Shown here one piece after another: positions 40,521 through 54,055 of a DNA stretch of 64,000 nt (within the stretch, counting starts at the first letter, position 1; each line of letters starts with the position of its first letter). This DNA comes from the human T2T-CHM13v2.0 reference genome, Homo sapiens, in the NCBI RefSeq assembly GCF_009914755.1, contig NC_060940.1; one strand, given 5' to 3'. The notes beneath the pieces are model-generated. The model saw only the letters and a list, made by a program, of their open reading frames with translations, did no database searches and was not told the DNA's origin. The position numbers were made by a program, and so were the translations under genes.

Positions 40521-43500
40521 AGGGACAGGCTGGTTTCGTCAAGGAAGCATCCACCTCCCCGTCCTCCTGCCAACCAGACCCCATAAAGTTAAATTGGCCA
40601 GTGAGCATCTTCCCCTCCCCGGCTTCCACCCACACTGCCATAGATGAGGTTTTCCATCCCCACACCCCACTCACCTCTTCTCCAGGCCCCCACCCCTCCC
40701 AACCGTTCCCACACGATTTCACATGTGGTCCTAGAGGGGCACTTCCTGCCGTTATAAAAAGCAAAACCAAGACCCCAGCAAAAACAGCCTGTGTGCAGAA
40801 CACCCAAGTCGACAGTGTGAGAGCGAAGGCCTAATCCATTCCATATGACAAACAGCAGTGGCCCGCAGGGGCCGGCCAAACCCTGAGGAGAATTCAGAAC
40901 AGTCCCTCCACCCCCTCCCCTGCCCTGGGTTCCTCGCTGCACCCCCTTCTCCCCACTCCCTTCTCAAGTGGACCCTTCAAAACAGGAGAAAAATATTCTT
41001 AGGAGCATGCCCCTAACTTTAAACTGATTATGTTTGGGTTTAATAGCCTACTATGCATTGTTCTTTCTTCACTTTGAAAATAAACTCTAGGAAGCATTAA
41101 TGCAAATACAATATAAACACGCTCGTTCCTAAATTTTCAAATGTCCCTGGCGTGTTTGGGCTTGCTCCTTAAGGTTACGGGTTAGGTTGATGTAAGAACC
41201 AGATGGATCTTTAAGTTGGAAGCTTTGCAGCCCTCGCCATGTAAACAGACAGCTGTCCAGATGATGGGAGGTATAACAGAGCCCCAGGAACAAGGCCTTG
41301 GATAACTGCTTGCATTGTCTTTCCTGAACCAGCAAAATGCACAAGCTCTGTGAGGGCTCCTTCCTCTGCAGCAAAATGACAAACATCACTTTAGTTACAG
41401 AAGGAGGTGCAATTATAGAGGTGTTGATTCCAGGAGTGAATGAAAGTAACAGCTTTCTATAGTGACCACACTTTCCTCCACCTCTTTATGTTTCTGTAGC
41501 TAGCCTTTTCATGCTAAAGGATCTTGTTCCCATCGACAAATGCCCTTCGTTCATTCAGTCCCCATTGAGAGCCAGCAAATAGAACAATCCCTGTCACTGT
41601 TACCCTCCAAGGGTAACTTCATGTGCTTATCAGTGACCACATCCAAAGGAGAACCTTTCTACTTCCTGTTTCCTACTTCCTGCTTCCTGCTCCCAAGTTC
41701 CATAAACCATTCTCCTTGAGAGGTGCTAAAAATGGAAAGGACAAGATGAAAGAGTTGGCCAAGAGATTTACACCAGCCCATAAAAGTCTCTGCAGTGCTC
41801 TGAAGACTAAATTGTCGCTTCTACTTTAACTTAACCTTTCACTGAGTGGTGATCTGAATGTCGTCTATGATTCCACTAAAACCTACGAGGCTTACCATTT
41901 GTGGTTTGGTTGTTCTGGATGACTTGACAAATTAGCCTAGTAAATTTTGGATGTCTTAAGCACTAAATTAGGTCATTTGTTTAATGAGCCAATCCACTGC
42001 CCAGAGTTTGACCCCAGCCCACTGGGGTGAGTTCACATGGAGTTCCACTGTGGAGGCCGGTGGCCCCTCATTTGTCTTAGGCTTCTAGAGAAACAGCTCC
42101 AGAATTAGGGCTGGAATCTGAATTCCAACCTTAACATTGATTCATTAGTGAACATTAACAAAGTGAATTCTTTGGCCTCAGTTTCTCTCCCTCCCACTCT
42201 CTTTCTCCAGTATCATTGTCATCATCATCATCATCACCATCATCATCACCCTGCCCCTCAAACGGTGCACAAGCACAATCTCACCCAGCTCTCACAATAA
42301 CCCCATGAGGCAATGCCCTCACTATCCTCATTTTCCAAATCTTGAAACTGCTGGCTTTCCCAAGAGCACACTCAGTCACTCACACTCACTCACTTATTAA
42401 ATTTTTCAATAAATATTTGTTAAGCATCTACCAGGTGCCAGTCACTGGGGATACACAGCTGATTAAGCCATAGTTATTGCTTTCAAGGGCTTTATCATTC
42501 CATTGAACAGAGTCATGCATATTAATAAATTTAATTTTATTGTTACCATAATTCAGGCAGAAGTACGCCCGAGGCACAACCAACTTTGTCTAAAACATTC
42601 CCTGAATTATGCATATGGATTCCAACCTTTTCAAACAATGTCCATTCACTAACATGATGTCCATCCACAAGCCGACATCTGTGCGTGCCTTCTACAAGCG
42701 GTACTGTCTACTCACAGCAGGTTTCACAGGTACTGCTGACACATCTAGTACAAAGGGAACTGATGTTACTTTTGAAATAAATTGACACTTCTTTTGAAAG
42801 ACAGAGTAAAGGTGATCTTCTCATTATTACTTTATTTGCTTCCCCCACACTTCATAGCTTCCCATTTCTCATCTGACTTGCTCTGAACCATTAAGAAAGA
42901 TGGATCATTCCAAGTTTGGCCAATAATCAACCCACAACCTGCCCTCCTTCATGGCCATATTTTGTTTTGTTATGTTACAAAGGACGCCTGAGAGAGCTAG
43001 CCAGGAAGAGTTACTTCTGAGAAACGACAAGCTCAGGACCTTTCCAAAGGCTCTCACTGCCCCCATATGTGACAAGGGCAGTGTGAATGCCATGGCCGCG
43101 CCATCCCGTGGCTGCCTCCACAGACCTGCCCCATGCCAGTAGGAAGTTCCTTTTTTTCCCCTCTGCCTAAATATACACTGACATGGTCAGAGATCTAATG
43201 GTAGATTTGAGTATTTAGGAAAAACAAGGACCATGGAACAATTGCTTTGCCTACTTACACCACGGGTGGTAACACTGCCAATGAAATTGGTAGTTCAAAC
43301 TTTTTGCAATTGGTGCAAGTATATAAAACCTCAAATCCCCGCCCCACAACACACAGAGAGAGGGGATGGAAGGAGAGAAAGAGACACCCACACACACGCA
43401 CACACATTGACGTGTACCTTGAAAATAGTATATGAGGGTAGAGATGCCCTCGTGAACCAACAGCAGCCTAAAGGTGACTCTGGAGTCTCCCAACTTAGGT

Positions 43501-43619
43501 TTTGATGGCACCTGCCTGTCCCATCCCAGTTTCTATTGACATATTCCTTATCTGAACTCCCTAGAGTGTGCCAATCACCCCAACTAGGCTGTAACGCAGT
43601 TGAGGGCAGTACCTGTGTC

Positions 43620-44480
43620 ATTTCCCTAATTTTAGTTGGAACATTCTAAATATATAGTAAAGTACACAACTATTAAGTGTAAAGCAATAAATAATTTTCA
43701 CATATGTACAGGCTGGTGTAACTACCACCCACATGAAATAGAGGGTTTTCCAGTACCCTAGAAGGCCCTCTTGCACCTCTTCCCAACAAACATCTCCCAA
43801 GGATCACCACTGTCCTGATCTCCATCACCAGAGACGGGTGTTTCCCACCCTCCCTCTTCATATGAAGGGACATACGGTGTGTTCTCTTGTGTTTAGTGTG
43901 TGAGATTCCTTCCCTCGTCGTTAGCATGTGAGATTCACCCACATCGTGTGAGGCAGTGCTCCATTCCTTGTAACTGCTGTGAGTGTGGTCCGTTACGTGG
44001 AGACGTTTCAATTATTTATGCATTCGACATGGATGGACAAATGGTGTTTTCCGGCTTGGGGTGATGATGAACCAAGCAGTTATGAACATTCTTGTCTTGC
44101 ATACGTGGTTGGTGCATACGTTGGGTCATACGATAGGAGGACGTGGAGCTGTAGTAGATATTAAGCATCCACTAAGCGCCAGGCACTGGAGATACAGAGC
44201 TGATGAAGCCATAGCTCTTATCACATGGTTCTCCAAAGTATGCCAGTTCACACCCCACAGGTCAGTTCACACCCCACAGGCCAGGTGTGAGCTCCAGTAA
44301 CTCACACCCTCACCAAAATAAGGCATTCCCAGTCTCTTCAATTTCAATCATTATACTGGGCAGGTAGTGGTTACCTCGCTGTGGCTTTAAGGTTGATTTC
44401 CCTGGTGAGTAATGATTTGGGTCACCTGTTCATACACACACTGCCCATTTATGACTCTAGTGAAAATTACTTGTTCAAGT
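43620..44480 (-). mobile_element. L1M (MD/ME-like) fragments with small L2 piece
   Basis: GTGAGATTCACCCACATCGT, TATGAACATTCTTGT, TTGATTTCCCTGGTGAGTAATGA. Confidence 0.65.
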
Positions 44481-46010
44481 CTTCAAGGGTCATGCTGTTA
44501 ACACTCGGTGACCAACTATTGCTTTTAACCATCAAGCTCCTAGCTCAAAGTGTAGGCCTGGACACGTCATGGTCCTGTGGCTGTGATATTTCCAAGCCCT
44601 CCCTCCATAACAGGCAGCAGCCATCCTTTCTTCTACCTCCTAAGATTGTTTTGTGGATTAACTGAGGTGATGCCTGCAGAGTGCTGAACACCATGCCCAC
44701 TGCACAGCCAATGCTCGACACCGGTTAGCTATGATGAGGTCAACAAGGTGTTGGCCAATTTCATCATTCTTGGGGGCAGGGGTGGCCCTCCATAAATGCT
44801 TGCTCCCCTCCAGAACACCTGCAGTGGCTTTTCTGAGCTTGGCTCCCTTGCTGATGATCGGCTTATTCCCATTCAGCCCCATGAGGGTGACGAGGGCTTC
44901 TTGAATCAGCTTGCTCATCTGCTGCTGTCTGTCCTGGTAGGAGTATTTTGGGGGAACAGTCACTTCTCTCCAAGAGCTCTGATGGTTCCTCCAAGCTGAG
45001 GAGGAGAACAGGGACCCCTCACAAAATGGCCCATCTCTTGGCACTGCCACCCCGGTACTATCTGCCACCTCAGGGGTGGAGTCCAACACTGCATCTAGGG
45101 CATTTGCCTCCTGGCCCTTCTCTATGCTTTTAGATGTCAGTGGGGGAAGCCCCCTCTCCGTCACCTCTTCCCACTCCCCTGAACAAAAACACCATTCTCC
45201 ACGCTGAACTCTGCCCTGATGTGGGGGCGTCTGGCTTCCTCCACACGGCAGCCTGTCAGGTTTCGATTAGGCCAGGGAAACACCACAGGAAATGAGTCCA
45301 GGAGAGGAAGCCTGTGATTTTTTTTTTATTTCAAATACCAGATTTATTAATTTTTTTAGGGGACAGTGTCCCGGCTGTGCCAAGTCAAGGAAGAATGTGA
45401 AAAATCTGCTGCTCCAAGCACAGCGGCAGCCGCTGGGTCCTCTGTTGTCTCCAATAAAAGCCCCTGGGAAGCTCCCGCTGTCCTAGGGAAGACGAGGTGC
45501 ACCAGCTGCGAGGACCTGAGCGCCAGGGGTCCTGCCCAGGGCCGAGTGGGTAGCTGACCAGGCACAGCCTGCCATGGCCAGCCACAGTTGGGCTCCTCCA
45601 GCTCCATCTCCTGCCTGGCCCTGTGGAGCCCAGTGACCCTGACCTTACTGTCCCAGGGTCCAAAGGGAAGTCCTGACTATTTCATGAGCTGACAACTTTC
45701 CCGAGCCTCAGCTTCCTCTGTTGCAGGACATGGACTTTGAACTGAATATGTATGTCATTTGAGACCCTTCTGGCTACAAATGCCATCAGTATTGCCTGCA
45801 AGTGGAGGTGGTGTGAGCTGGATTAAGGCCACAGGTGCCACGTCAGATCTCAGCATCCCACGCCGACTCTGCCACTTCTGTGCCAAGATGTGAGTTACAC
45901 ACCTTTCCTTAGCCTCGGTTTCTTCCTTGGTAAAGCAGGAATCCAAACAGTTACACCCACTCTGTGCCAGCCATTCTCACTGCCTGACGTGTGGTAACTC
46001 ACTTCGTCCC

Positions 46011-46376
46011 CGATATGCTTTGGCTCTGTGTCCTCAGCCAAATCTCACCTCGAATTGTAATAATCCCCATGTGTCAAGGGAGGGAACTGTTGGGAGGTAA
46101 TTCAATCATGGGGGCAAGTGTTTCCTGTGCTGTTCTTCTTGTGATAGTGAATAAATAAGTCTCACAAGATCTGATGGTTTTATAAGGGGAGTTGCCCTGC
46201 ACACACTTTCTTGCCTGCCGCCACGTAAGACATGACTTTGCTCTTCCTTCACCTTCTGCCATCACTGTGAGGCCTCCCCAGCCAAGAGGAACTATGAGTC
46301 CATTAAACCTCTTTTCTTTATAAATTATCCCATCTTGGGTATGTCTTTATTAGCAGTGTGAGAATGGACTAATACA
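46011..46376 (+). mobile_element. THE1 (C/D-like) solo LTR inserted in a MIR
   Basis: (C)GATATGCTTTGG..GGACTAATACA; perfect 5-bp TSD GTCCC (46006-46010, 46377-46381). Confidence 0.9.
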
Positions 46377-46507
46377 GTCCCCATCTAGAGGACTGTATTA
46401 AAGTCCTAGAGAGCACAGAGGTGAGCACTATTATTAACCCCATTCTACAGATAAAGAAACTGAGGCAAGGAGGGTAAATCACTTGCCCTAGGTCACACAG
46501 CTGTTAT

Positions 46508-46905
46508 GTGGCTGAATCAGTTAAGTTCCTAGCAGAGATGCAGAATCAGTGGAAGACACATATTAAGAGATTCACTGCCAGGGTAGGCTTCACAGTGGTG
46601 GGGCCAGCTGGGCAGGTCCAGCATCTGCAGGGTGCTCACTTCGAGGGGCGGGCAGGGGAGCTACTGCCTACAGGTGGGTTTCTCCTTCCTTGGGTAAGCA
46701 AAGCCTCAGTCTGGTTCTCAAGGCCCCCCAGCTGACCCACTCAGGCCCACCCAGGTCATCTAGAGCAATCTCCCTTACTGAGGGGCAACTGATCATGGAC
46801 TTTACTCACATCTGCAAAATCCCCTCCCAGCAGCACCCAGAGGTGTGGGATTGAATCACCAGGGACTGAAGCCTCACCAAGTTGACACACAAAACTGGCC
46901 CCCGT
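46508..46905 (-). mobile_element. MLT2 (ERVL) LTR inserted in the same MIR
   Basis: CCAAGTTGACACACAAAACT = reverse complement of the MLT2 start; TCACATCTGCAAAATCCCCT. Confidence 0.75.
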
Positions 46906-46984
46906 GGTGGTGAAGGCAGGGCTTTGCACTGGGGTGTGTGGCTCCAGGGTCCACAGACTGTCTTCTTATTTTCTAAAGTCATGG

Positions 46985-47770
46985 AATTTTTAGAGCAGTT
47001 TTAGGCTTACAGAAATTGAGCAGAAAGTACCGAGAGTCTCCATTCTTTCCCATGTGCACACAGTTTCCACTGCTAGTAACGTCGTGTGGTACATTTGTTA
47101 CAAGTGATTAACCAATATTAATGGATTATTATTAAGTCCATAGTTTACATTAGGGCTCACTCTTGGCGTTGGACATTCTATGAGTTTGGACAATTGCATA
47201 ATGACCTGACCCCGCGATTACAGGATCATACCCAGAGCTTCTCTGCCCTAAAAATGCCCCGTGATTGACCTACTTCTCTCTCTCCGATCACCCCTGGCAA
47301 CCACGAATGCTCTCACTATCTCCGTAGTTTTGCCTTTTCCAGAATGTCATCCAGATGGATCCTACAGAGTGTGGTCTTTTCCGATGGGCTTCTTCCACTG
47401 AGCAGTAGGCATTGAAGGCTTCTCCATGTCCTCCCAAGGCCTGGCAGCTCATTTCCTTTTACTGCTGAATAATATTCCACGGCCACGTCCCACCGCGTAT
47501 TTATCCACTCGGTGCTGAAGGACATCTGGGTTGCTTCCGGGTTTTGAAAATTAGAATGAAACTGCGACACATCTGTGTGCAGGTTTTTGTGTGGACAGAG
47601 GTTTACAACTTCTTTGGGTAAATACCAAGGATCGTGACTGCTGGAGCGTGCGGTAAGAGCATGTTCCGTTTTGTAGGAAACTTTCGGACTGTCCTCCAGA
47701 GCGGCTGTGCCCCTGTGCATTCCCGTGATTCTATGGCCTTTCAGCAGCACCGCCCGCATCCAGGTGTGGG
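46985..47770 (-). mobile_element. L1MC1/2-like 3' region
   Basis: TTTTTAGAGCAGTTTTAGG, AAGTCCATAGTTTACATTAGGG, TTTTGCCTTTTCCAGAATGTCAT. Confidence 0.85.
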
Positions 47771-47790
47771 TGATCGCTGAAGAGCCTAGA

Positions 47791-47856
47791 GGACGGGCGG
47801 GCGCGCGGGTGGCGCTCGGCGCGGGACGGGCGGGTGCGTGGGTGGCGCTCACAGCA
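47791..47856 (+). repeat. 33-bp CpG-rich tandem x2
   Basis: GGACGGGCGGGYGCGYGGGTGGCGCTC at 47791 and 47824. Confidence 0.8.
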
Positions 47857-49299
47857 GGGGGGCTCCTTGCGTGCTGCCATGGCCTCCATGTGAATCCTTC
47901 CACACATCCTTCTCATCTTGGGGGCCTGTGAGGGTGATGTCGGGCCCACCTCGGAGCTCTGCTGTCTCCTCGGGGTTGCAGGGCCTGGAGAAGGGCTTCC
48001 CATTTAGATGGACCCAGCACAGCACACCCTCGGAGTCTAAGCTCAGGTCACAGCCAGTTCAGCTGTGTTAACTTCTGTAGACCCTGGCATCCTGACGGTC
48101 TCCTGGCGAGGGCTTCAGCGGGCACTGGGGATGAAACCGTGCGGGCTGCCTGGGCCGGTGTTTCTTAGTTCTGATTTCCAAACGAAAGTACGCAGACCAT
48201 CCAGGCCAGCAAAGGCTGCTGCAGCTCCCGTGGGCCCTTGGGCCACAGACCACAGCCGTGGTGTGATCCGGCCCACGGGAGCATCTGCAGATCCAGGAAA
48301 GGAGCAGCCCACGCCCAGGTAAGGCATGGCCTCTGGGCTCTGGCCTCTGGCTTACCGGCCCGGAGGCTCTCAGCAGCTGTTTTCCAGGGATGCAGTTGGA
48401 GACCTGGGAAACCGCAGCAGTAACAACCCCCTGGTGGCTCTCCCCATGGGGCAAACATCTAGTGAGCCCTTACTGCACATCTCACCAAGCATGTTACCTG
48501 CAGCATCTTGTGAGAGCCCCCGTGACCAGGAGGTGGGTGCTGTGTCTCCCGATTGGACAGATATGAGCCGGAGGCTCAGAAACGTGACTCGAGGCTCAGC
48601 GGGTGACGACTTGCCCGAGGTCACTCGGCTGTTAGGGGCCAAACCAGGGCTTCCAGCCCAGTTCCTTTGACTCCAAGGCTCACAACAAGAGTCCGTGAAC
48701 AACTATTGAGTGCTCACTGCATACTGAATATGTTTATCAATATGTCAACTCTCAGTTGAGACTGAAAACCCTGTGAGGTAGATTTCACGAGCCCAATGTA
48801 CAGATGTGGCAATTAAATGACACCAGGGCAATCATAGAAGATCTTGTTATCAGCAGGCCCAAACTGCTTCCTCCTGGGAACGAGGGTGGCATCAGTTGGG
48901 TTCCCACCCCAGCCCTGCTGCAGACCATCTTTTTTATACTGAGTGAGTCAGTGGCACGATGGCCTCACCAGCAAAATGAGAATCACAAACTCTCTCCTGC
49001 ACTGGCTTCCGGAAATGATGAGTCCAGGCCTGGGCAGCGCCCACTGCCAGCAATATCAACGGCTGTTCTTATTCCTCACTCCCCACACACTCCCTTCCTA
49101 CCCTGGTCTCAGCGCACACCAGCCTGCGTCACCCTCTGGCCGGGACCCTTCTCAGCGGGAAGCAATCTTCAGGGGTGCTGCCCCTTCTACCCACCCAAGA
49201 GAAGCCCTTTTCAGCCTCCTTTTCTGAACATCAAACATCTCTCAGCTTCCCCATCCCAGAGCCAGGACTCAGGCTGATAAAGAAGGGAGCACACCAAGT

Positions 49300-50060
49300 A
49301 AACAGAAAGAAACCCTGCCCCTTTAATAAAATAAAACCCATCCCAGCTCCGCGCCCAGGGCGGACATACAGTGGGGGAACAGTGTTGGACGAGGCAGAAC
49401 TCACAGCAAGGCCGAGAGCTTCCAATTTCCTGACGGGTTCCATTTCATGTAAACACGACTTAACTCTTTAACTAAATCATTAGAAGAGCTGGCCCAGTGT
49501 CCTGGTCACCCCCGGGGTCCCTCCCTACCTTGCCGAATGGCAATTCCCAGGCAGCCTCAGGATGTGGTGACCTCGTTTTTAAAGAGGCTCCAAATGGTCC
49601 CCACACCACGTTTCTCTCGAGACACAGGCAATTGGGGTGTGGTGGGGCCTTTGTAGAGATGGGAACGGATGATTTCACTGTTTCTGCCATGAAGATGAAA
49701 GAGCGGGAGGCAGGTTGGAAAACAGACAATTCATGGGGCTGTCAGAGCTCGATTTGAATTTCATTCACACCAGGCCGAGCCGGGGCGGGGGGAGCGGGGC
49801 TTGAGGTCTTTCTCCAAGGGGAAGGGGCTGAGTGCTCAGTGCTGAAGTGATAATCCAGCCCGCGGAGTCTGGCCCAGGCTGGACATTTTGTCCTCCCTGT
49901 CAAAACGCTGCGAGCCCAGGAGCAGATGGAGTGGTGTCGGCAGTCGTAAAACGCCCCGCCCCACCGGGGACAAATAGGTCAACAGGAGGGATTGGCGCCG
50001 TGCATGTCATAAAACCCCTCCAGGCCTGTCATGTTCCGATAAATCTTGATTTTGTAACAG
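49300..50060. promoter_or_regulatory. Candidate posterior-HOX/MEIS enhancer
   Basis: GTCGTAAAA 49943, GTCATAAAA 50006, TTAATAAAA 49323, CTGTCA 49739/49897/50026, TGTAAACA 49448. Confidence 0.45.
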
Positions 50061-53029
50061 AATAGCACCGCGGTTCCCAGCCTTGGGTTTCACAGGTGAG
50101 CTGTGGGCTGATGGATGGTCTGGGAGCCAAGGGGTGGGGAGGAGGACAGAGGAAACCCTAGCCGACACCCACTCCAGGCTCCCAGCACTGGCAGGAAACC
50201 TGGCCTGCAGGAGGACCTCAGGCATGTGTCCCTGCTAGCAGGTGACCAGGCTCGGTGCACATCGAATCGGAAGAGCTGAGTAACGGCAGGCGATGTCCTT
50301 GCTGTCGGGCTCCCAGATTCACCCATGGCCACACAAATAGGGCTGCTGAGGAGAATGAAGCCAAGCCCAGCACAGCCCTGGGGAATTCATTACCCACGGG
50401 GGCACCTGTGTACTGTCTGCTCCCCCAGGGGGCCCTTTTGTCTTTCGCACCAAGGTGCCATCTTGCCAGCAGGAGCTCTGTGGCTCAATGTCCACCATGA
50501 ACACTTCACAGGAAGGATCAGACTCCAACTCCAAGGTCTTCCAGGGCGGGAGGTGACTGCGTACTGCATACATTTACATATAAACACATCAACCCTTATT
50601 TCAGTGAGGGAAGCAGGCCAGGTGGGAGAAGATGAAGCATGAGTGGCCCTTGGCCTCCCGCCTTGAGGAGAAAGAAAACAGCCTCTCAGGGACTTGCCTA
50701 TAGAGAACATGGGCTCCGGTCATTGCCAGGAGGGATTTGGGGCCCGGTGTGATCAGATCTCCTGGTATTTAGAAGGAAAAATCTGGATTCCAGGTGGATT
50801 CTCCCTAGTAGTAGGCATTGAGGAGTCATTCAAATGTAAAATAGATGCTGGCCAACACGGCAGAGCAAGAGAAAGCTGGTGACTCTCCTTAAGGTCCTCC
50901 AGGCTTGACTTGGGCAGTAAGACCAGAAGGAGTGCAGAAGATTCTTCCTGTTAACTGCAGAGCTTGTAGACTATGGTCAAGTTTTCCAGCCCAACCCCCG
51001 TAAGCAGCCCATGCAGGTACAGCGGTGGTTACATGTGATTTTCCCATGACAAGCCATGGGTTTGGCTCTATGTCTCCCACTCAAGCAGACAATCTGAAAT
51101 GAGAGTGATTTTATAGTAGGGCTAACCTCGAAGGCCCCTGATTTAGGAACATAAAAGTCAGTGGCGTCTGAACTCCCGAACTTTCTCAGTGGCGACGTGT
51201 CTTGTACTCCCCTTCCACCTCATGGAACATTCCATTTGGTGGAGGCTCCGGGGCTCAGAATCTGGTGAACTGGAACTGACTGACCAGGTTCTAATGGAGG
51301 GGGAGGGAGTTCTCTCAACCAGCACAGAGGTGGAGACGATCCCAGCCCTGAGTGGGACCCAGGTCATTGTTCACTACCACGTCTGACCTCAGTGTGTTAT
51401 TGTGCCACCCTCTGCCCCATCACTCTTTGTGTTCCATGCTATTTAAAAATAAAAGGTGACAACCAGCAGACAGCTGCTCCCCTACTCTCACATACTGGCA
51501 TTTGAAAGCAGAAGGACTGGGTGAGTCCCAGCTCCACCACACACTAGCTGTAACATTGGGCCAACAGCTACTGACCATGTCTGTGTTCATCTTTGAAACA
51601 GGAACACAGTATTCCCATGTGAAAGCTGGTGATGAGACTCTGAATGAGGCTGTGCTCTGCATGGCGGTTATTCAGTAACTGGTGGTCCTTACTGCTGTGG
51701 CTGCTAAGATTTGCATTATTTTGAGTGCATTGAGACTTATCCAGCCACTCCCCTCTCACTCGCCTGGGATGGGTCCTGTCCTGCACGTTCCGCTGAGCCT
51801 TGTTGAGCTTTTGTCCCTTCAAATTCCAGTTGTGTTCAGATCTCTCTGGCCCCAAGCAGAGGGCAACTTAGAAAAGCAGGGAGACCACCCCACTTTGATT
51901 TCGAAGGCCTTCCCCCTAGGGACCCATGTGCATTTTAACAGACTTCTAAAGCTATTCAGATGATGCATGCTGCAGCCGTTAAGAAGAACAAGTTAGATCT
52001 GTCCACAGTAACAGAGCTTCTGAAAAAACTTAAATTTTAGGTTGATACATATAGTATGATATGATTTATATAAACACACATACAAACCATCAATTATTTC
52101 TTATGGATATATATGTCCTCATGTGTAAAGTATATATATATATACATATCCATGAGAGTGTGTGTGAGAGAGAGAGAGAGAATTAGTTACCACAATAAAG
52201 AGCTAGAAGAAGACATTAGCAATCTCCCAATTCTGGGGAAGGAGGAAGGGGAAGGGGAAGGAAAGGGAAGATGGTAAATCCTAAATGTTTTAAGAGAATG
52301 GCGAGTGTCTTTTCACCTTTATAACTGATTTTTAAGCTAAGGAAGTCAACCCAGATTATTTTCAAGCTTCAAGTCATGGCATGCGAAGTCACCAATGGAC
52401 TGGTCTTGAATATTCCTCAAGTCACTGAAAGCAATTCTGGTCACTTCCTGTCCTAGGACATTCAGGGGTTACCAGGGTGCCATCATAACCTGCAGGGTTC
52501 CCGGCCACTCTTTCTCTCGGTGACCCCGGGAGTGGCTGGGAGGGTGGGGAGGGGAGGACAGACTTCCTCTGCCCTGGCTGAGACCTTCTCTCTCACTCTC
52601 TAGTGTTGCTTTCATGCTGGTCAAAAACAGCATCTAACTTTAAAGACCAAGATCGGGGGCTTGCCAAAACCTTAGAAAATTTATTCAATAGGAAGCCGTG
52701 CCTGCAAAACCACAGTGATAAGAAATAAGGCTGAAGGACTGCAAAATGCAAAATGTTCCCCAGAAGCCCAGTTGCTTTTCAAAAATAGAGAACCTAAATG
52801 TCGAACAATAAGAGATTGGCTATGTAAATTCTGACATGCATATTAAAACCGAACATGATGTAAACATGGAAAATAATGTTCTTGGAAAATGGCTCATGAA
52901 ATGGGAAATGCAGATATACATTATTGATTCATCACTTCAAAGTTGAAGGCTATTCCTTGCAGCAAAAATCTTCTGGACAAAAATAGAGGGAAAAATCAAC
53001 CAATAGTTTGAGAGAATGCAGACACAATC

Positions 53030-53362
53030 TACTAAGGACTGAACAGTGTCCCCCCGGTTCATATGTTGAAGCCCTCATCCACAACGTAATGGTATTTGGG
53101 AGGTGATTCAGTATAGATGAGGTCATGAGGATGGGACTCTCATGCTGGGATTAGTGTCCATAAAAGAAGAGACACCAGGAAGCTCTCTGCCCTTCTCTCT
53201 GCCACATGAAGACCTGGCAAGAAGGCAGCCCTCCACAAGCCGGGAAGAGCACCATCACCAGACCCAACCATGCACAGCCTCCAAAACTCTAAGAAATAAA
53301 CATCTGTTGTTGAAGCCACCCAGTCTGTGTATTTCGTTATGGCAGCCCAAGCAGACTGAGAC
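53030..53362 (+). mobile_element. MLT1A/A0 solo LTR
   Basis: TTCATATGTTGAAGCCCT..TAGATGAGGTCATGAGG..GCAGCCCAAGCAGACTGAGACA. Confidence 0.85.
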
Positions 53363-53692
53363 ACAGCCCACCTCTACCTGAGCCCAGCGGAATGTGGCCC
53401 TGACTCAGCTACACACATGTGTGATCCCAGACAAATCACACACCCCTCCTGGGTCTGGATTTCCACTATCTATAATCTCTTGGACCAGGAGTTCCCATCT
53501 TGGGTGCCCCAAACCTTAAGAGTTGATGAAGACAGTTGTGAAAGCTATTATAAAGTCTTTATAGCTATTCCAAAAAAAATGCCTATTTACCTTGAAGTTA
53601 CATATGTCTTTAATTGATACAATGGAAAAAATAATTCATTTTGAAAAAATAAGTTCAATTTTCTGGTAGACAAAATCTTTCAACCAGAGAGG

Positions 53693-54055
53693 TGTATTAG
53701 GCTAATGCTAGGTGCTGTAACAACCCCCCAAATAAAAGTGGCTTAGCACAATAGATGTTTATAACTCCATCATGTAAAGTCCAAACCAATGTTCCTGACT
53801 TAACTAACAGGCAGATCTCTTCCTGGTGGGAATTTTGTCTTGTGGTCTTCCAGGACCTCAGAGTCTACTGCATTTCACTGGAAAATAGGGAAGGAAGAGA
53901 GAATCTTGGAAGGGAGATTTTCCTGGGCCATTGGCTAGACTCAGTCACATTACCACAGCTAATTGCAAGGGAGGCTAGGAAACAGAAAGTCCAGCTGTAT
54001 TTCCAGGGGATAAAAAAGAGGAAACTGGCTTGATGAGCCACTGATTGGTCTCCGC
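53693..54055 (-). mobile_element. MLT1J/K-like LTR
   Basis: TGTATTAGG..GCTGTAACAA..GTGGCTTA..GCAAGGGAGGCTAGGAAA. Confidence 0.65.

Noticed and set aside
44658-45164. 168-aa minus ORF with apparent LINE endonuclease-like motifs (VDLIIANRC..LCRHHLS)
   Set aside because: The motif-bearing end (~44633-44733) is the 3' half of a MIR read antisense; the catalytic GDFN and SDH motifs are absent, so the resemblance is coincidental
47316-47903. 195-aa minus ORF
   Set aside because: Mostly decayed L1 3' sequence plus a GC-rich duplication
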